Source: an uncultured virus (IMG/VR IMGVR_UViG_3300002514_000019) (lineage: Duplodnaviria; Heunggongvirae; Uroviricota; Caudoviricetes). From it: a stretch of 64,000 nt of DNA. The stretch is taken from the IMG/VR virus record IMGVR_UViG_3300002514_000019, positions 1 to 64,000 of that record. One strand, 5' to 3'. The position numbers were made by a program, and so were the translations under genes. The notes beneath the pieces are model-generated. The model ran no database searches and was not told where the DNA came from. It saw only the letters and a list, made by a program, of their open reading frames with translations. This document shows, one piece after another, positions 27,187-36,718 of this stretch; within the stretch, counting starts at the first letter, position 1, and the number at the start of each line of letters is the position of its first letter.

Positions 27187-30100
27187 AAAGCACCCTAGTG
27201 TCAGTTTTTACTTTTGTAATATCTAGTACGTTATCAACGGCATCTTTTACGGCATCAACATGTGAAATTACCAATATATTTTTAAACCAGCGTTTTAGTG
27301 ACCTAAGCAGACGGTTACACGCCTCAACGTTCATTTCATCCAAAGCACCAAATCCCTCATCGATCACCAGCAAGTCAGTTTTTGGTAGGGATGATATATT
27401 AATTAGCGCCACCCGGATTGCTAATGAAGCAATCATTTTCTCCATTCCCGAACCACATTCTATTATTCGCCGAGAATCACCATAATTTATATAGATGTCC
27501 ATCGCATTTGTGGATGGATCTCCTTCTAGTTCCACAGTAAACCCTACAACGTCCTGAAGAATTTTTGATATTTCACTATTGATGACAGGTAATTGATTTG
27601 TCATTATCTGGAGGGGGATCCCCTTTTTTGAGACTGCATTCATAAAAAGTTCATAAACTCTCCACTTTGACATTAGCCCCTTGTATTTGTCTTGTTCCTC
27701 TTTAAGCTTTTCAACATCGGACGTCAATAAGCCAATCGACTCTGATAGTTGCATTCTTCTGGAGTCTAGCTTATTAATTTTGTCTGTTAACTCGTTAATA
27801 ACGCATTTTAATTCATTAATCTCATGTGCATCATCGTCCGATGATACCCTAGTCGACATGTCATTTAACGTTATAATACCATCATCAATATTTTTTAAAA
27901 GCGTTGATGATCCTGTTTGTAGTTCATGTAATGAAACCGCGTGTTCCGATTGTTCAATTCTCAACTGTGCTTGCTGAGCTAGTATATCATCATATTTTGT
28001 AATCTTTACCTGGAGATTTTCTAGTGCGTATTTCTTAAGTGACCCTTTTGTGACTTTTACACTTTCAGATATTGTTGAAATTAGCTCCGCCTGGGATTCA
28101 AGTAGCTTTTTATTTTTGTGTGAATCTTCAATAAACTTGCATGTGGGAAACATATCCCCACATGGCACATCCTGTAATTTTTTTACAGACTTTTGCTGGT
28201 TCTTTAAAAGCGTACGCTCCTTCTCTAGACTATGTTGTAAGTTAACCAGTGATCTTTCTAGATTTTGTTGTTCTTCAAGCTGCATCTTTAAATCATCAAT
28301 GGGAAACTGATTTTTAAGATCTTTAATCTTACTAAGTTTAAGACTTATTTCGTTAGCTTCACTTTCTTTCTCTGCTATCTTTTTTAAAAGCTTTTTTCTC
28401 TCAAACTGCGCTGATTCTATCTTTTCCTTATGGCGATCAATGTCGGCATCGGTAATGAGATCCTTGTTTTTGTTGGTCGCTAGTGAGATGTTAAGCTCTT
28501 GTAGCCGGAGCCGGAACTTACTTAATGCTGTATCAACCTCGTTTCTATCAATTTCCTTTTGTTTTTGAGATGTTTGTTTCTCTAAGATTGCAACATCCCA
28601 TTCACGATCAGGAGCATCTTTTATTAGTGACTTAATAGATGATGAATTTTCCTTTGCTAGGTTAAATAAACTCTCGAATATATTGAGATCTAAAAAAGAT
28701 GATAAAATTCGCTTCCTCTCGGTCGCACGATGCTTTATAAAGGAATTCATCTCTCCCTGGCTAGCCAGGGATGTTAGTAAAAAATCCTCCGACGTACCTA
28801 CCAACTTCCTAATAACCTTTTCTGATTCTCGGCGTTGTTCTTCTGATACGTCTTGGATGACATTTCCTTCATCATCCACCCTCAAAACATTTAAGTGGGT
28901 TACTGCATGGAGCAATCCCTTTCTAGTCTCATGTTTGACAGACTGCCTTTCTATCTGGTAATTTTGGCCATTTACACAAATCGTAACTCGCCCTAGACAG
29001 TATCCCTTTCGAGAATTGATGATGTGTAAATTTTTGATAGGGCCACGATCAGTTGTGTTATAAAGGGTATACATGATGGCACCGGGGATTGATGACTTTC
29101 CACTTCGATTTTTCCCAAATATACCTGTGATGCCTCCCAGTTTTTGAAAATTAATCCTATTTCCCTTGCCATATGCAAAAATATTATCAAACTCTAGGTT
29201 GCGAATAGACCATTTGATATTTCGTGAGGTATCATCATGTGCCAGCTGAGTCATGCAGTCGGTTGTAAGATCTTCTAACTTCTCCCAAACTTCATCATCT
29301 AAATCTAGGTGCTTGTAATAATCCCTCATTAACTTGATATGTGTTTTTGAGTCCCTTAAATTTTCACTGGCCAGGTTTGTTCCGTCAGTATTTATAAATG
29401 ATGGAACAAGATCACCTTCATGTTTATAAACTATCTCACTAGCATTTTTGAACTCTTTAAGGGCTGCATGTAGTTGTTTGATCTCAATCTGGGGTATGGG
29501 TGAATGACTTCTTACTCTAAAGCGTGATCCATCCGGACCGGCTTCGGCATTATCAAGGGTCGATTGAATATCACCGGTCCAGTCAATCGTTATAAAGGGC
29601 TTTGTATGTTTAACTTCATAAAACGTACTTTTAAAGTTATCCTTGTCCTCAATTTCCCAAAATAAGAACCCCTTTCCCGGGGTCTCACCATAATTCTGTT
29701 GTATGGTGGATCCAGGATATGCTATTCGCTTATCGGGATCCAGATATTGAAGCTTGTGAATATCACCTAGAAATGCAAAATCATACTCTTTGAAAAACTG
29801 GATGTCGATGTCACCCTCGATATCCCATTCTATGTCAGTCTTGGATCCCCATACACCTCCATGGTATAATGCAATATTAACTTCACCCGCTGTGGGTTTG
29901 ACATCTTTCCACCCTTCCTCATCAAAACAGGAAAATACACACCAGTTATATCCGGGGACTCCCGTAGGGTATGTGCCTGACTTTTTATAAAGATGAAGAT
30001 TGGGATCATCAATTGCGGCAACTATTGGTGATATCGCGTCCTGCCTATCTTTATTCAAGATTAGTCCATCATGGTTACCCAGGATGACATGTGTGGGCGC

Positions 30101-30319
30101 TATGCTAGCTAATGATGTGAACCACCATCTTAAGACATCAATTAACTCAGGCGATATCCCCTGGGTTTTGGAGTGAACAATATCACCACCTACATAAATC
30201 ACGTCTGGTTTAAGCTTAACTGCTTGCTTGAATAAATCCTTGAAGGATTCCCGATATTCATCATGTCTTGTTAAGCCTCTAAAATGTATGTCGGCTATGT
30301 GTAAGCATTTAAAATTCAT
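27179..30319 (-). CDS. Fused Mre11/SbcD nuclease - Rad50/SbcC ATPase (gp47-gp46-like)
   Basis: Metallophosphoesterase motifs HIADIH, GGDIVH, ILGNHD, LYHG, LGDIH, YPGS; Walker A GKNRSGKS, Q-loop SQGE, coiled coil, Walker B LLVIDEGFGALD, H-switch VISH. Confidence 0.93.
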   Translation of the reverse strand: MNFKCLHIADIHFRGLTRHDEYRESFKDLFKQAVKLKPDVIYVGGDIVHSKTQGISPELIDVLRWWFTSLASIAPTHVILGNHDGLILNKDRQDAISPIVAAIDDPNLHLYKKSGTYPTGVPGYNWCVFSCFDEEGWKDVKPTAGEVNIALYHGGVWGSKTDIEWDIEGDIDIQFFKEYDFAFLGDIHKLQYLDPDKRIAYPGSTIQQNYGETPGKGFLFWEIEDKDNFKSTFYEVKHTKPFITIDWTGDIQSTLDNAEAGPDGSRFRVRSHSPIPQIEIKQLHAALKEFKNASEIVYKHEGDLVPSFINTDGTNLASENLRDSKTHIKLMRDYYKHLDLDDEVWEKLEDLTTDCMTQLAHDDTSRNIKWSIRNLEFDNIFAYGKGNRINFQKLGGITGIFGKNRSGKSSIPGAIMYTLYNTTDRGPIKNLHIINSRKGYCLGRVTICVNGQNYQIERQSVKHETRKGLLHAVTHLNVLRVDDEGNVIQDVSEEQRRESEKVIRKLVGTSEDFLLTSLASQGEMNSFIKHRATERKRILSSFLDLNIFESLFNLAKENSSSIKSLIKDAPDREWDVAILEKQTSQKQKEIDRNEVDTALSKFRLRLQELNISLATNKNKDLITDADIDRHKEKIESAQFERKKLLKKIAEKESEANEISLKLSKIKDLKNQFPIDDLKMQLEEQQNLERSLVNLQHSLEKERTLLKNQQKSVKKLQDVPCGDMFPTCKFIEDSHKNKKLLESQAELISTISESVKVTKGSLKKYALENLQVKITKYDDILAQQAQLRIEQSEHAVSLHELQTGSSTLLKNIDDGIITLNDMSTRVSSDDDAHEINELKCVINELTDKINKLDSRRMQLSESIGLLTSDVEKLKEEQDKYKGLMSKWRVYELFMNAVSKKGIPLQIMTNQLPVINSEISKILQDVVGFTVELEGDPSTNAMDIYINYGDSRRIIECGSGMEKMIASLAIRVALINISSLPKTDLLVIDEGFGALDEMNVEACNRLLRSLKRWFKNILVISHVDAVKDAVDNVLDITKVKTDTRVLYE

Positions 30320-30323
30320 GGTA

Positions 30324-31292
30324 TTATATTAACGATCCACTTTTTATGCCACCAATGAGATGATATAGCCTGTCTTTATCACACCATAGTTGGGAATTCT
30401 CTTTTAGCATTTTGAACGTTCCACATGGCATCGCACCCACGTCTTCGTATTCATGCTCACCAAGCATACGAACATTAATTCCGTATGAGTATAATAGCTT
30501 GGCAATTTTATGACTCTTTATTTTAACGTCAGAATCGAGCGCCAACAAAACAGGCGTTTGATTTTTAATAATTTTTTTGAATAAAATGTAAGACTCAGTT
30601 AAACTAGAGCCTAATAAACATGTCGAATTATAGTTGGACTTAACTAAATCCATAGGGCCCTCGACCAAAGTAATCTCTTGATTCCATCGTATATTAATTT
30701 CATTAAAAATAATATCTTTTTTGGGTACGGAAGGGTTTAAGTATTTTCTTGTTTGCGTGGCATCTATCGCCCTCGCCACGTAATAATTTAGAGAACCCTC
30801 TTCATCGAAAGAAGGTATTATTAGCCTACGTCGAAATCTTCCAGTAGTACATGTGCCTAACTTAAAATACCACATCTCTTTTTCACTTATGCCTCGAGAA
30901 CGAGCATAAGAGATCACGGCCTGCACATCCGGATCAATACCTTGTAGCTGTTGAGATAGCAACGTAAACCCTTTAGGGATCTTCACATCAATGGGTGATG
31001 TGTCAGAAGTTATTATAGATTTATCAAATTTTTTCCCAAGTATATCATGATGATATTGGGCTAATGATTGTGGAAAAAATTTCTTAAGGATTGATTGTAT
31101 GCTTCTGCCTCTAAAGTCGCAGACCCAACAGTGAAAATGATCATTATCTAGACGAATTACCAGTTTCTTCTTATTGCCAGACTGCTTATTACAGCTTGGG
31201 CACTTGAAGGCATAATTTATACCATCCCCTGATTTCTGAGGAGTACCCAGGGTCATGCTCAAAAATCTAAGCTTAGCCTTAATAAAATTCAT
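30324..31292 (-). CDS. DNA primase (DnaG / T4 gp61-like)
   Basis: Zn finger CPSC..HCWVC; RLIIPSFD, YYVARAI, KYLNP; TOPRIM motifs LVEGPMD and ALDSD; exact start uncertain. Confidence 0.88.
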   Translation of the reverse strand: MNFIKAKLRFLSMTLGTPQKSGDGINYAFKCPSCNKQSGNKKKLVIRLDNDHFHCWVCDFRGRSIQSILKKFFPQSLAQYHHDILGKKFDKSIITSDTSPIDVKIPKGFTLLSQQLQGIDPDVQAVISYARSRGISEKEMWYFKLGTCTTGRFRRRLIIPSFDEEGSLNYYVARAIDATQTRKYLNPSVPKKDIIFNEINIRWNQEITLVEGPMDLVKSNYNSTCLLGSSLTESYILFKKIIKNQTPVLLALDSDVKIKSHKIAKLLYSYGINVRMLGEHEYEDVGAMPCGTFKMLKENSQLWCDKDRLYHLIGGIKSGSLI

Positions 31293-31337
31293 CAATTTAA
31301 ATTTAATTAAAAAGAGCCGAATGTTCAACTAAAACAT

Positions 31338-31901
31338 TCAGGGCAACTTTAGGCCTGATTTTGTAATGACGTATGCATCTGCCATGTCGTATGCACATGG
31401 GTCTAAAAGTTCGAATCCCTTTCGGGGGCCTGACTTTAAGATCTTTATTGGCCACGGATATGTTATGCCTAGTGTAGTAAGATCTTTATCAACCCACTCA
31501 AATATTTGCTGTTTCGTGGGGGCACCACCCTTGCTTTTACGGACTAGTTTGATGCCTAGTCCCTTCCTTGCAGCATTAACATTAATATGCACTGGTTCTA
31601 CCCCAAAAGTCTCATATGAAATTAATGAAACCACACCGTTGAAGCGTGCGAGGGTTGAAAGTGTTTGAGCTGATGAAAATCCCCTTCGAAAGGACTGTAG
31701 ATTTTCTTCTATATACACACGATTAAACTTATATTGTTTTGATAATTCATCAATTTTTTGTCTAACGGTATCAGCCTTACGATAAAATCCCTTAATTTTT
31801 GATAGTTCTATTGCGCCCATATCCACAAACTCATGTTTGTCGTTAAAGACTGACCATCCTGTACATGCGGTCGAAACATCTAGACCTAGAATAAAATTCA
31901 T
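31338..31901 (-). CDS. RuvC-like Holliday junction resolvase
   Basis: ILGLDVSTACTGW, VYIEE, LARFNGVV, DMADAYVI acidic catalytic motifs. Confidence 0.88.
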   Translation of the reverse strand: MNFILGLDVSTACTGWSVFNDKHEFVDMGAIELSKIKGFYRKADTVRQKIDELSKQYKFNRVYIEENLQSFRRGFSSAQTLSTLARFNGVVSLISYETFGVEPVHINVNAARKGLGIKLVRKSKGGAPTKQQIFEWVDKDLTTLGITYPWPIKILKSGPRKGFELLDPCAYDMADAYVITKSGLKLP

Positions 31902-34621
31902 TAAAAATCTATCTTAATTCTAAACATATAATGATCATCATCTCTCTTTACAGCCGGCTGTGCGAGATTTGTCCTTGCTAAAACATTTAAATTGTCATCA
32001 TGAAAGTTTAGGCCGGTTATATAAACAAAGTCTTTTGCTGTTTCATTTGCATAATCAGTTGGTGCCAGTTTTCGGTATGTAGGATTGGATGATGAATTAA
32101 TCATTCCTTTGTTGCAAGGCACCATTATTTCCAAGATGTGTATATTTCTTTCACCCTGAAAGAATGTGTGAAAGCCGCGGCGTGCAAAGTCTTTGAGATG
32201 AGGTGACAAGATCACCGGCGCGCCCTCATTATATAATAGCGAACCTACACAGTTCCACACCGCGGGTGGGGTTGCAGAATCAGCGCGGTAAAGACCACCT
32301 TTTTCATTGTCACGCAACGTCATCTCCAGTGTATTAATCCACTTTGCGGTTCTAGTTAGTTTAGTTGTTCCCAATGTTCCCCTCACCTTAAAAGATCCAG
32401 GTTTTATCCTGTCACCATAAAACAGGTTAGGTACATTAAAAAATACACATGAAGGGGAAGATGTATCTGCAGTCTGTGATGGAATAGCCGGCCATATATC
32501 TTTATTCACCTTCGTAAGGTTGCCATCTTCTACAATTCCCATATAAAATGGAGTTACACCATGTAATTCATTGTACATAGACTTGGCAACCGTCGATGAC
32601 ATTCCCCCTAAGAGATCAATAGCTTCCAGCTGTGCACTAACTGTGGCTTGATAGTTTGGGTTAAGATAGATAAAGTCTGATAGATTTATATATGAGAGAT
32701 CCATATGGCCCAAGCCGTTCGTATATTTGTCTAGCGCAGAGCCACTCTGAGGCGTCAAGAGTAAGGTTGAATTATATATGGGGTCGTATTTAGACGTAGG
32801 GGGTGAATACGTTCCGGTCAACAGTAAGACAAAGTTCGGCCGAAAAAGGCCGTTGTCACAAGGAAGGACTGTCAAATTACGCTTATTAACAATCTTCCCG
32901 TTTGCCGCCGTATCACCACCCAGAATGAAACTTAACGTAAATTTATTAAAACCTTCACCATCTGGCATGACAACGGCAGGGTTACGTTTAGGCGTTTGAA
33001 GCTTGTATAATCGTGGCCACTCTCCACGAACAAACTCACGTACGAAGTTCTCCAGATTAATATCATGAATATTTGTAATGGAGCTCATCCTAGAATTAAT
33101 AGGGTTTATTGTTCTTCCATACCCGTCTGTATAGTTGAAGGGATCTTCTAGTATTTTTCTATTCCTTGAATCTTTTACAAAGAAAGGAGGGAGATAAAAC
33201 ATAAGCTCGGGATTGGTAGCAGAAGAAAGCTCGGCAGGGGCATCATGACTTTGTGTTACAACTGCCCTAGGGCCGTTTGCATATGCGTCTTTAATATCAT
33301 CAGAACTTAAATGTTTTTTATAGATTCGGACCTCATGAACTTCAGCATTCAGTGGGTGTTGCAGGCTTACGTTGGAGGGATCAGATGTATAATTTGTATC
33401 CGGATCCGGACTTAGTCCCTCTCGTGTTGCGATCGTAGTATTAAAAAATCTTGAAATCTCGCTATTATCTGATCCTCTATTTCCACCTTCATAAAAATTT
33501 CCAACAAAGAGAGCATCAGGATTTCTCAAATGACTTTTTGCTCCATGAGGATCGGGAATTGTTTCCAGAGTCGGCAAAATAACATTACTCTGTGTCACCA
33601 CAAACGACGCATCTTTCTTACCATCTATATAAAATGAGCCCGTCCCTGCATTTACATTTTTTCCTCCCCATGTTAGCGCGACATGGTGCCAATGATTAAA
33701 CTTAAGGGAGTTATCACTTGACAAAAACACTAGAGCCTGATCCGGGGATCCTGCGGGTCGTTCATCATTTGCTATTGTAAGATCCACCGATGAGGGAGGG
33801 ATGGTCGCAGACTGGCTTAACTGAAGTAGTATCCTATAGCCATCCGGATTATTTCTTACATCTACACTACTTCCGGTTACTAGCGATACCGCATAGCAGG
33901 ATGACATATGCATAATGGTTCCTGCGTGAAATTCACCTCTTTTAGTAGAAGTGATCCCATCCAACTTATTGTACCGGGGATTGATCCAAAAGCTAAAGCC
34001 AAACTTGTCACGTTGTGGACGATAGGGAGCGTCAAACCTTGTTGCCTGCTTTGTTGGATCGCCATCGACTGATCTTGTGGGTGCAGGATATATTAACGCT
34101 GAGTCTGAGGGCACGTTTGACGCCGTGAAAAAATTAAGACAATTATAATTGTTATATGCCCATTGAACATCCGGGTACGGGACCTTGTAGTCTTTAAATG
34201 TCACATTCCTTGCGTTTAGCTTAAAAGAACTACTTATAGAAGTAAGAGGGGTTGAAATATTTCGTGTAAGAATCTTATATTGATGCTTCCTCTCACTGAT
34301 TGGAGCCTTGCCTATCACACCCCAATAAAACAATACCTCCTCGGTCAGATTAGTTTTGGATGGAGTCTCCCCCTCTGCCTCTTTTTTTGCAACGAATAAC
34401 TGCTTTGCAGCCTCGAATATATTTGTTACAGGACTTGATCCTACAGGACCTTCTGCGCCGTAAGTCACATCAGTTGTCTTTTCCGTGGCAGATCTTTCAA
34501 CATAGACCGGGATGGCCCCGGAAACTATACCACGCTCAGATGTCCACTCAAAAGAACGGCTTACATAAGTCGTTAATGATGAATTATCAAAATTTTCTTT
34601 CCCAAGACGGATGATAGCCAT
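31901..34621 (-). CDS. Virion protein with LamG/ConA-like domain
   Basis: FSFWINP, NHWHHVALTW, FYIDG, EVRIYKKHLS; C-term YITGLNFHDDNLNVLARTNLAQP..K..F.IKIDF paralogous to the 34652 gene. Confidence 0.7.
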   Translation of the reverse strand: MAIIRLGKENFDNSSLTTYVSRSFEWTSERGIVSGAIPVYVERSATEKTTDVTYGAEGPVGSSPVTNIFEAAKQLFVAKKEAEGETPSKTNLTEEVLFYWGVIGKAPISERKHQYKILTRNISTPLTSISSSFKLNARNVTFKDYKVPYPDVQWAYNNYNCLNFFTASNVPSDSALIYPAPTRSVDGDPTKQATRFDAPYRPQRDKFGFSFWINPRYNKLDGITSTKRGEFHAGTIMHMSSCYAVSLVTGSSVDVRNNPDGYRILLQLSQSATIPPSSVDLTIANDERPAGSPDQALVFLSSDNSLKFNHWHHVALTWGGKNVNAGTGSFYIDGKKDASFVVTQSNVILPTLETIPDPHGAKSHLRNPDALFVGNFYEGGNRGSDNSEISRFFNTTIATREGLSPDPDTNYTSDPSNVSLQHPLNAEVHEVRIYKKHLSSDDIKDAYANGPRAVVTQSHDAPAELSSATNPELMFYLPPFFVKDSRNRKILEDPFNYTDGYGRTINPINSRMSSITNIHDINLENFVREFVRGEWPRLYKLQTPKRNPAVVMPDGEGFNKFTLSFILGGDTAANGKIVNKRNLTVLPCDNGLFRPNFVLLLTGTYSPPTSKYDPIYNSTLLLTPQSGSALDKYTNGLGHMDLSYINLSDFIYLNPNYQATVSAQLEAIDLLGGMSSTVAKSMYNELHGVTPFYMGIVEDGNLTKVNKDIWPAIPSQTADTSSPSCVFFNVPNLFYGDRIKPGSFKVRGTLGTTKLTRTAKWINTLEMTLRDNEKGGLYRADSATPPAVWNCVGSLLYNEGAPVILSPHLKDFARRGFHTFFQGERNIHILEIMVPCNKGMINSSSNPTYRKLAPTDYANETAKDFVYITGLNFHDDNLNVLARTNLAQPAVKRDDDHYMFRIKIDF

Positions 34622-34651
34622 GTCACCTATCTTCTCCCATGGCCTACCCCA

Positions 34652-35914
34652 CTAAAAGTCTAGTCTGACTCTAAAAGAGATATCTCTTTCGTCATTTTTC
34701 TCTATGGGGCGTGAAAACTTTGCAACAGCCAGTAGATCCCCTGCAGCATCATACAACCCTATACCCGTTGGCATCGTAAATGTACGCTGTACATTCTCTT
34801 GACCATCTTCTATCACCACTATCCTGTTTGAACTATCAGTGAATGTTGGATTGGAAGAATAATTAAATTCGTTTGCGGGCGCCCGGCAGAAAATTAATGT
34901 AGAATTAATGTTCGTCTGATTTTGAAATGTCATTGCCGTTAATGTACCAGATTGAAATCTGGTTGATGCAAAATAATCAACAATATCATCAATGGATGCG
35001 GATACTAATAGGTCTGGTACTAGCTTTGCCTTGGAGTTACCATATCCGGTCGCACCCAAGACAACCTTCCCCGCAGGAATTGTTGCGCCGTTATACGTGT
35101 GTGATGTTGCCATAGCTGATATTGTTCCGGACATTTGTTGTGATCCAGAAAAGACTTTGTCAATATCAAGAACTGCGATGCCTTTATCATAGAATACAAG
35201 GCCCACCTTATTTGATGTATTAGAAGCATCTACCAGGGTACCCCACTCCCCACCATAAGCTACACGAGCTTTATTTGCGGCGGCACCCAAATCTGTAATT
35301 ATCTTTGAGCCCGTTATGCTAGTAATGTGCACATTATCCTGTCCACCGGCTGCTATGGCGGGACCAGAGTAATCTTCATCTTTATGACAATACGCACCGG
35401 TAGCATAAATACGCATACCTAATGTCTCTCTCTTTAGCTTGTCTCTAGAGAAGAGCCTCTTTACAGAAAAGAATAATGCATTATTGATAACGTCGGTCGC
35501 TGAAGTCGATGTGAGCGGCGCGGCGAATGATAACCCAGCATCACCACGAAGCAACTGTGCAAATTGTCGGTAAACATTTATTTTTTCTCTCATCATCAAA
35601 GACTCAGAGGGAAATAATATTTTGCCGGCAGAGTCGATGCTGGATGATGAATTCATGACAACAGATGAACTGATATAAAGACCTACAGTCATATCCATCG
35701 TTGGGTTTGCGGTCTGTAAAGTAAAATCCTGGTCAAATATAGTTTGGAAAAGAGAGGATGTCACACCTGGCCCAATTCCACCGGTAACAAAGACCTGGTA
35801 TTTCTTGCGTGTAGATGAACCGGATATATCTGACTGTGGAAAATCTACTAACTGATTTAAGACTGACCTTGAACTTTTAATATCAGCCGATGATAACTCT
35901 TTATAGTTTGCCAT
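34652..35914 (-). CDS. Baseplate/tail structural protein
   Basis: C-term EFNYSSNPTF, TGIGLYDAAGDLLAVAKFSRPIEKN..RVRLDF, resembling tail-collar/baseplate domains. Confidence 0.65.
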   Translation of the reverse strand: MANYKELSSADIKSSRSVLNQLVDFPQSDISGSSTRKKYQVFVTGGIGPGVTSSLFQTIFDQDFTLQTANPTMDMTVGLYISSSVVMNSSSSIDSAGKILFPSESLMMREKINVYRQFAQLLRGDAGLSFAAPLTSTSATDVINNALFFSVKRLFSRDKLKRETLGMRIYATGAYCHKDEDYSGPAIAAGGQDNVHITSITGSKIITDLGAAANKARVAYGGEWGTLVDASNTSNKVGLVFYDKGIAVLDIDKVFSGSQQMSGTISAMATSHTYNGATIPAGKVVLGATGYGNSKAKLVPDLLVSASIDDIVDYFASTRFQSGTLTAMTFQNQTNINSTLIFCRAPANEFNYSSNPTFTDSSNRIVVIEDGQENVQRTFTMPTGIGLYDAAGDLLAVAKFSRPIEKNDERDISFRVRLDF

Positions 35915-35925
35915 TTAAATTCCTA

Positions 35926-36642
35926 TTAACTCTTCGATATCTGTACTTCAAGTGTCTTTTGCGCGCCTGAAGCTGTTCCTGTGACCTGTATATATGTTGT
36001 AATAATCTCCTTATTTGAAGTATTACCAAAGGTTGTATACTGGGCATCAGTTATTGATCTTGTTTGAATTTGTAATGTTAGCCTGGATCCTCTTTTCGAT
36101 GTTGTCTCGTTGTCCCTAGTAAGCAAATAAGTTGCCATCTGGTCCTGGTCCAAGCTCTGTGGGGGTACAAGCCTACCCTTTTTCGCTAGTTTGATAAACT
36201 GATCATTACATGTAACAATAAATGACTGATCAGTCAATTCGGGATCAATAATATTTTCATTCTTAATATCTTGTTCCCATGTAACCGACTTTGTATTTGA
36301 AGTGCCTATTTGGCCTCTAGTCATTGCCAATTGATCGGATGTTGTACTCAATGATAGACTTGGTAATCGAATGAGTGTAGGATTACTAACGCCCAATAAT
36401 TTATGACTAATCGCTAAATTAGCGTGGGTTTGTGCTTCCATGACAGGTGTATTTTTTATTATCTTCTCTTTTCCCACAGTTCTGCCAAATTGCTTAACAA
36501 TGGTATAGTCTACCTCTTCGTCCGTGAAAGCAAACTTTACTATGGAAAAAGATCCATCATTTCTCGACAACGCCTGTCGACCCTTATCCGTTAAAACTGC
36601 ATCAACGATTATATTATTTGTTGACTGATCAAGAAAGCCCAT
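35926..36642 (-). CDS. Baseplate/tail structural protein
   Basis: N-term MGFLD..IIVDAVLTDKGRQALSR..FSIVKFAFTDEEVDY; AGGAG RBS. Confidence 0.65.
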   Translation of the reverse strand: MGFLDQSTNNIIVDAVLTDKGRQALSRNDGSFSIVKFAFTDEEVDYTIVKQFGRTVGKEKIIKNTPVMEAQTHANLAISHKLLGVSNPTLIRLPSLSLSTTSDQLAMTRGQIGTSNTKSVTWEQDIKNENIIDPELTDQSFIVTCNDQFIKLAKKGRLVPPQSLDQDQMATYLLTRDNETTSKRGSRLTLQIQTRSITDAQYTTFGNTSNKEIITTYIQVTGTASGAQKTLEVQISKS

Positions 36643-36661
36643 TCAATTCTCCTATCATGAT

Positions 36662-36670
36662 GATAAATAG
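36662..36670 (-). promoter_or_regulatory. Putative late-promoter motif (CTATTTATC)
   Basis: Intergenic, about 20 nt upstream of ATG 36642. Confidence 0.5.
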
Positions 36671-36718
36671 TAACTCACATAATATTTTCATAAACTTATT
36701 TTTACATAAAAAAATATC

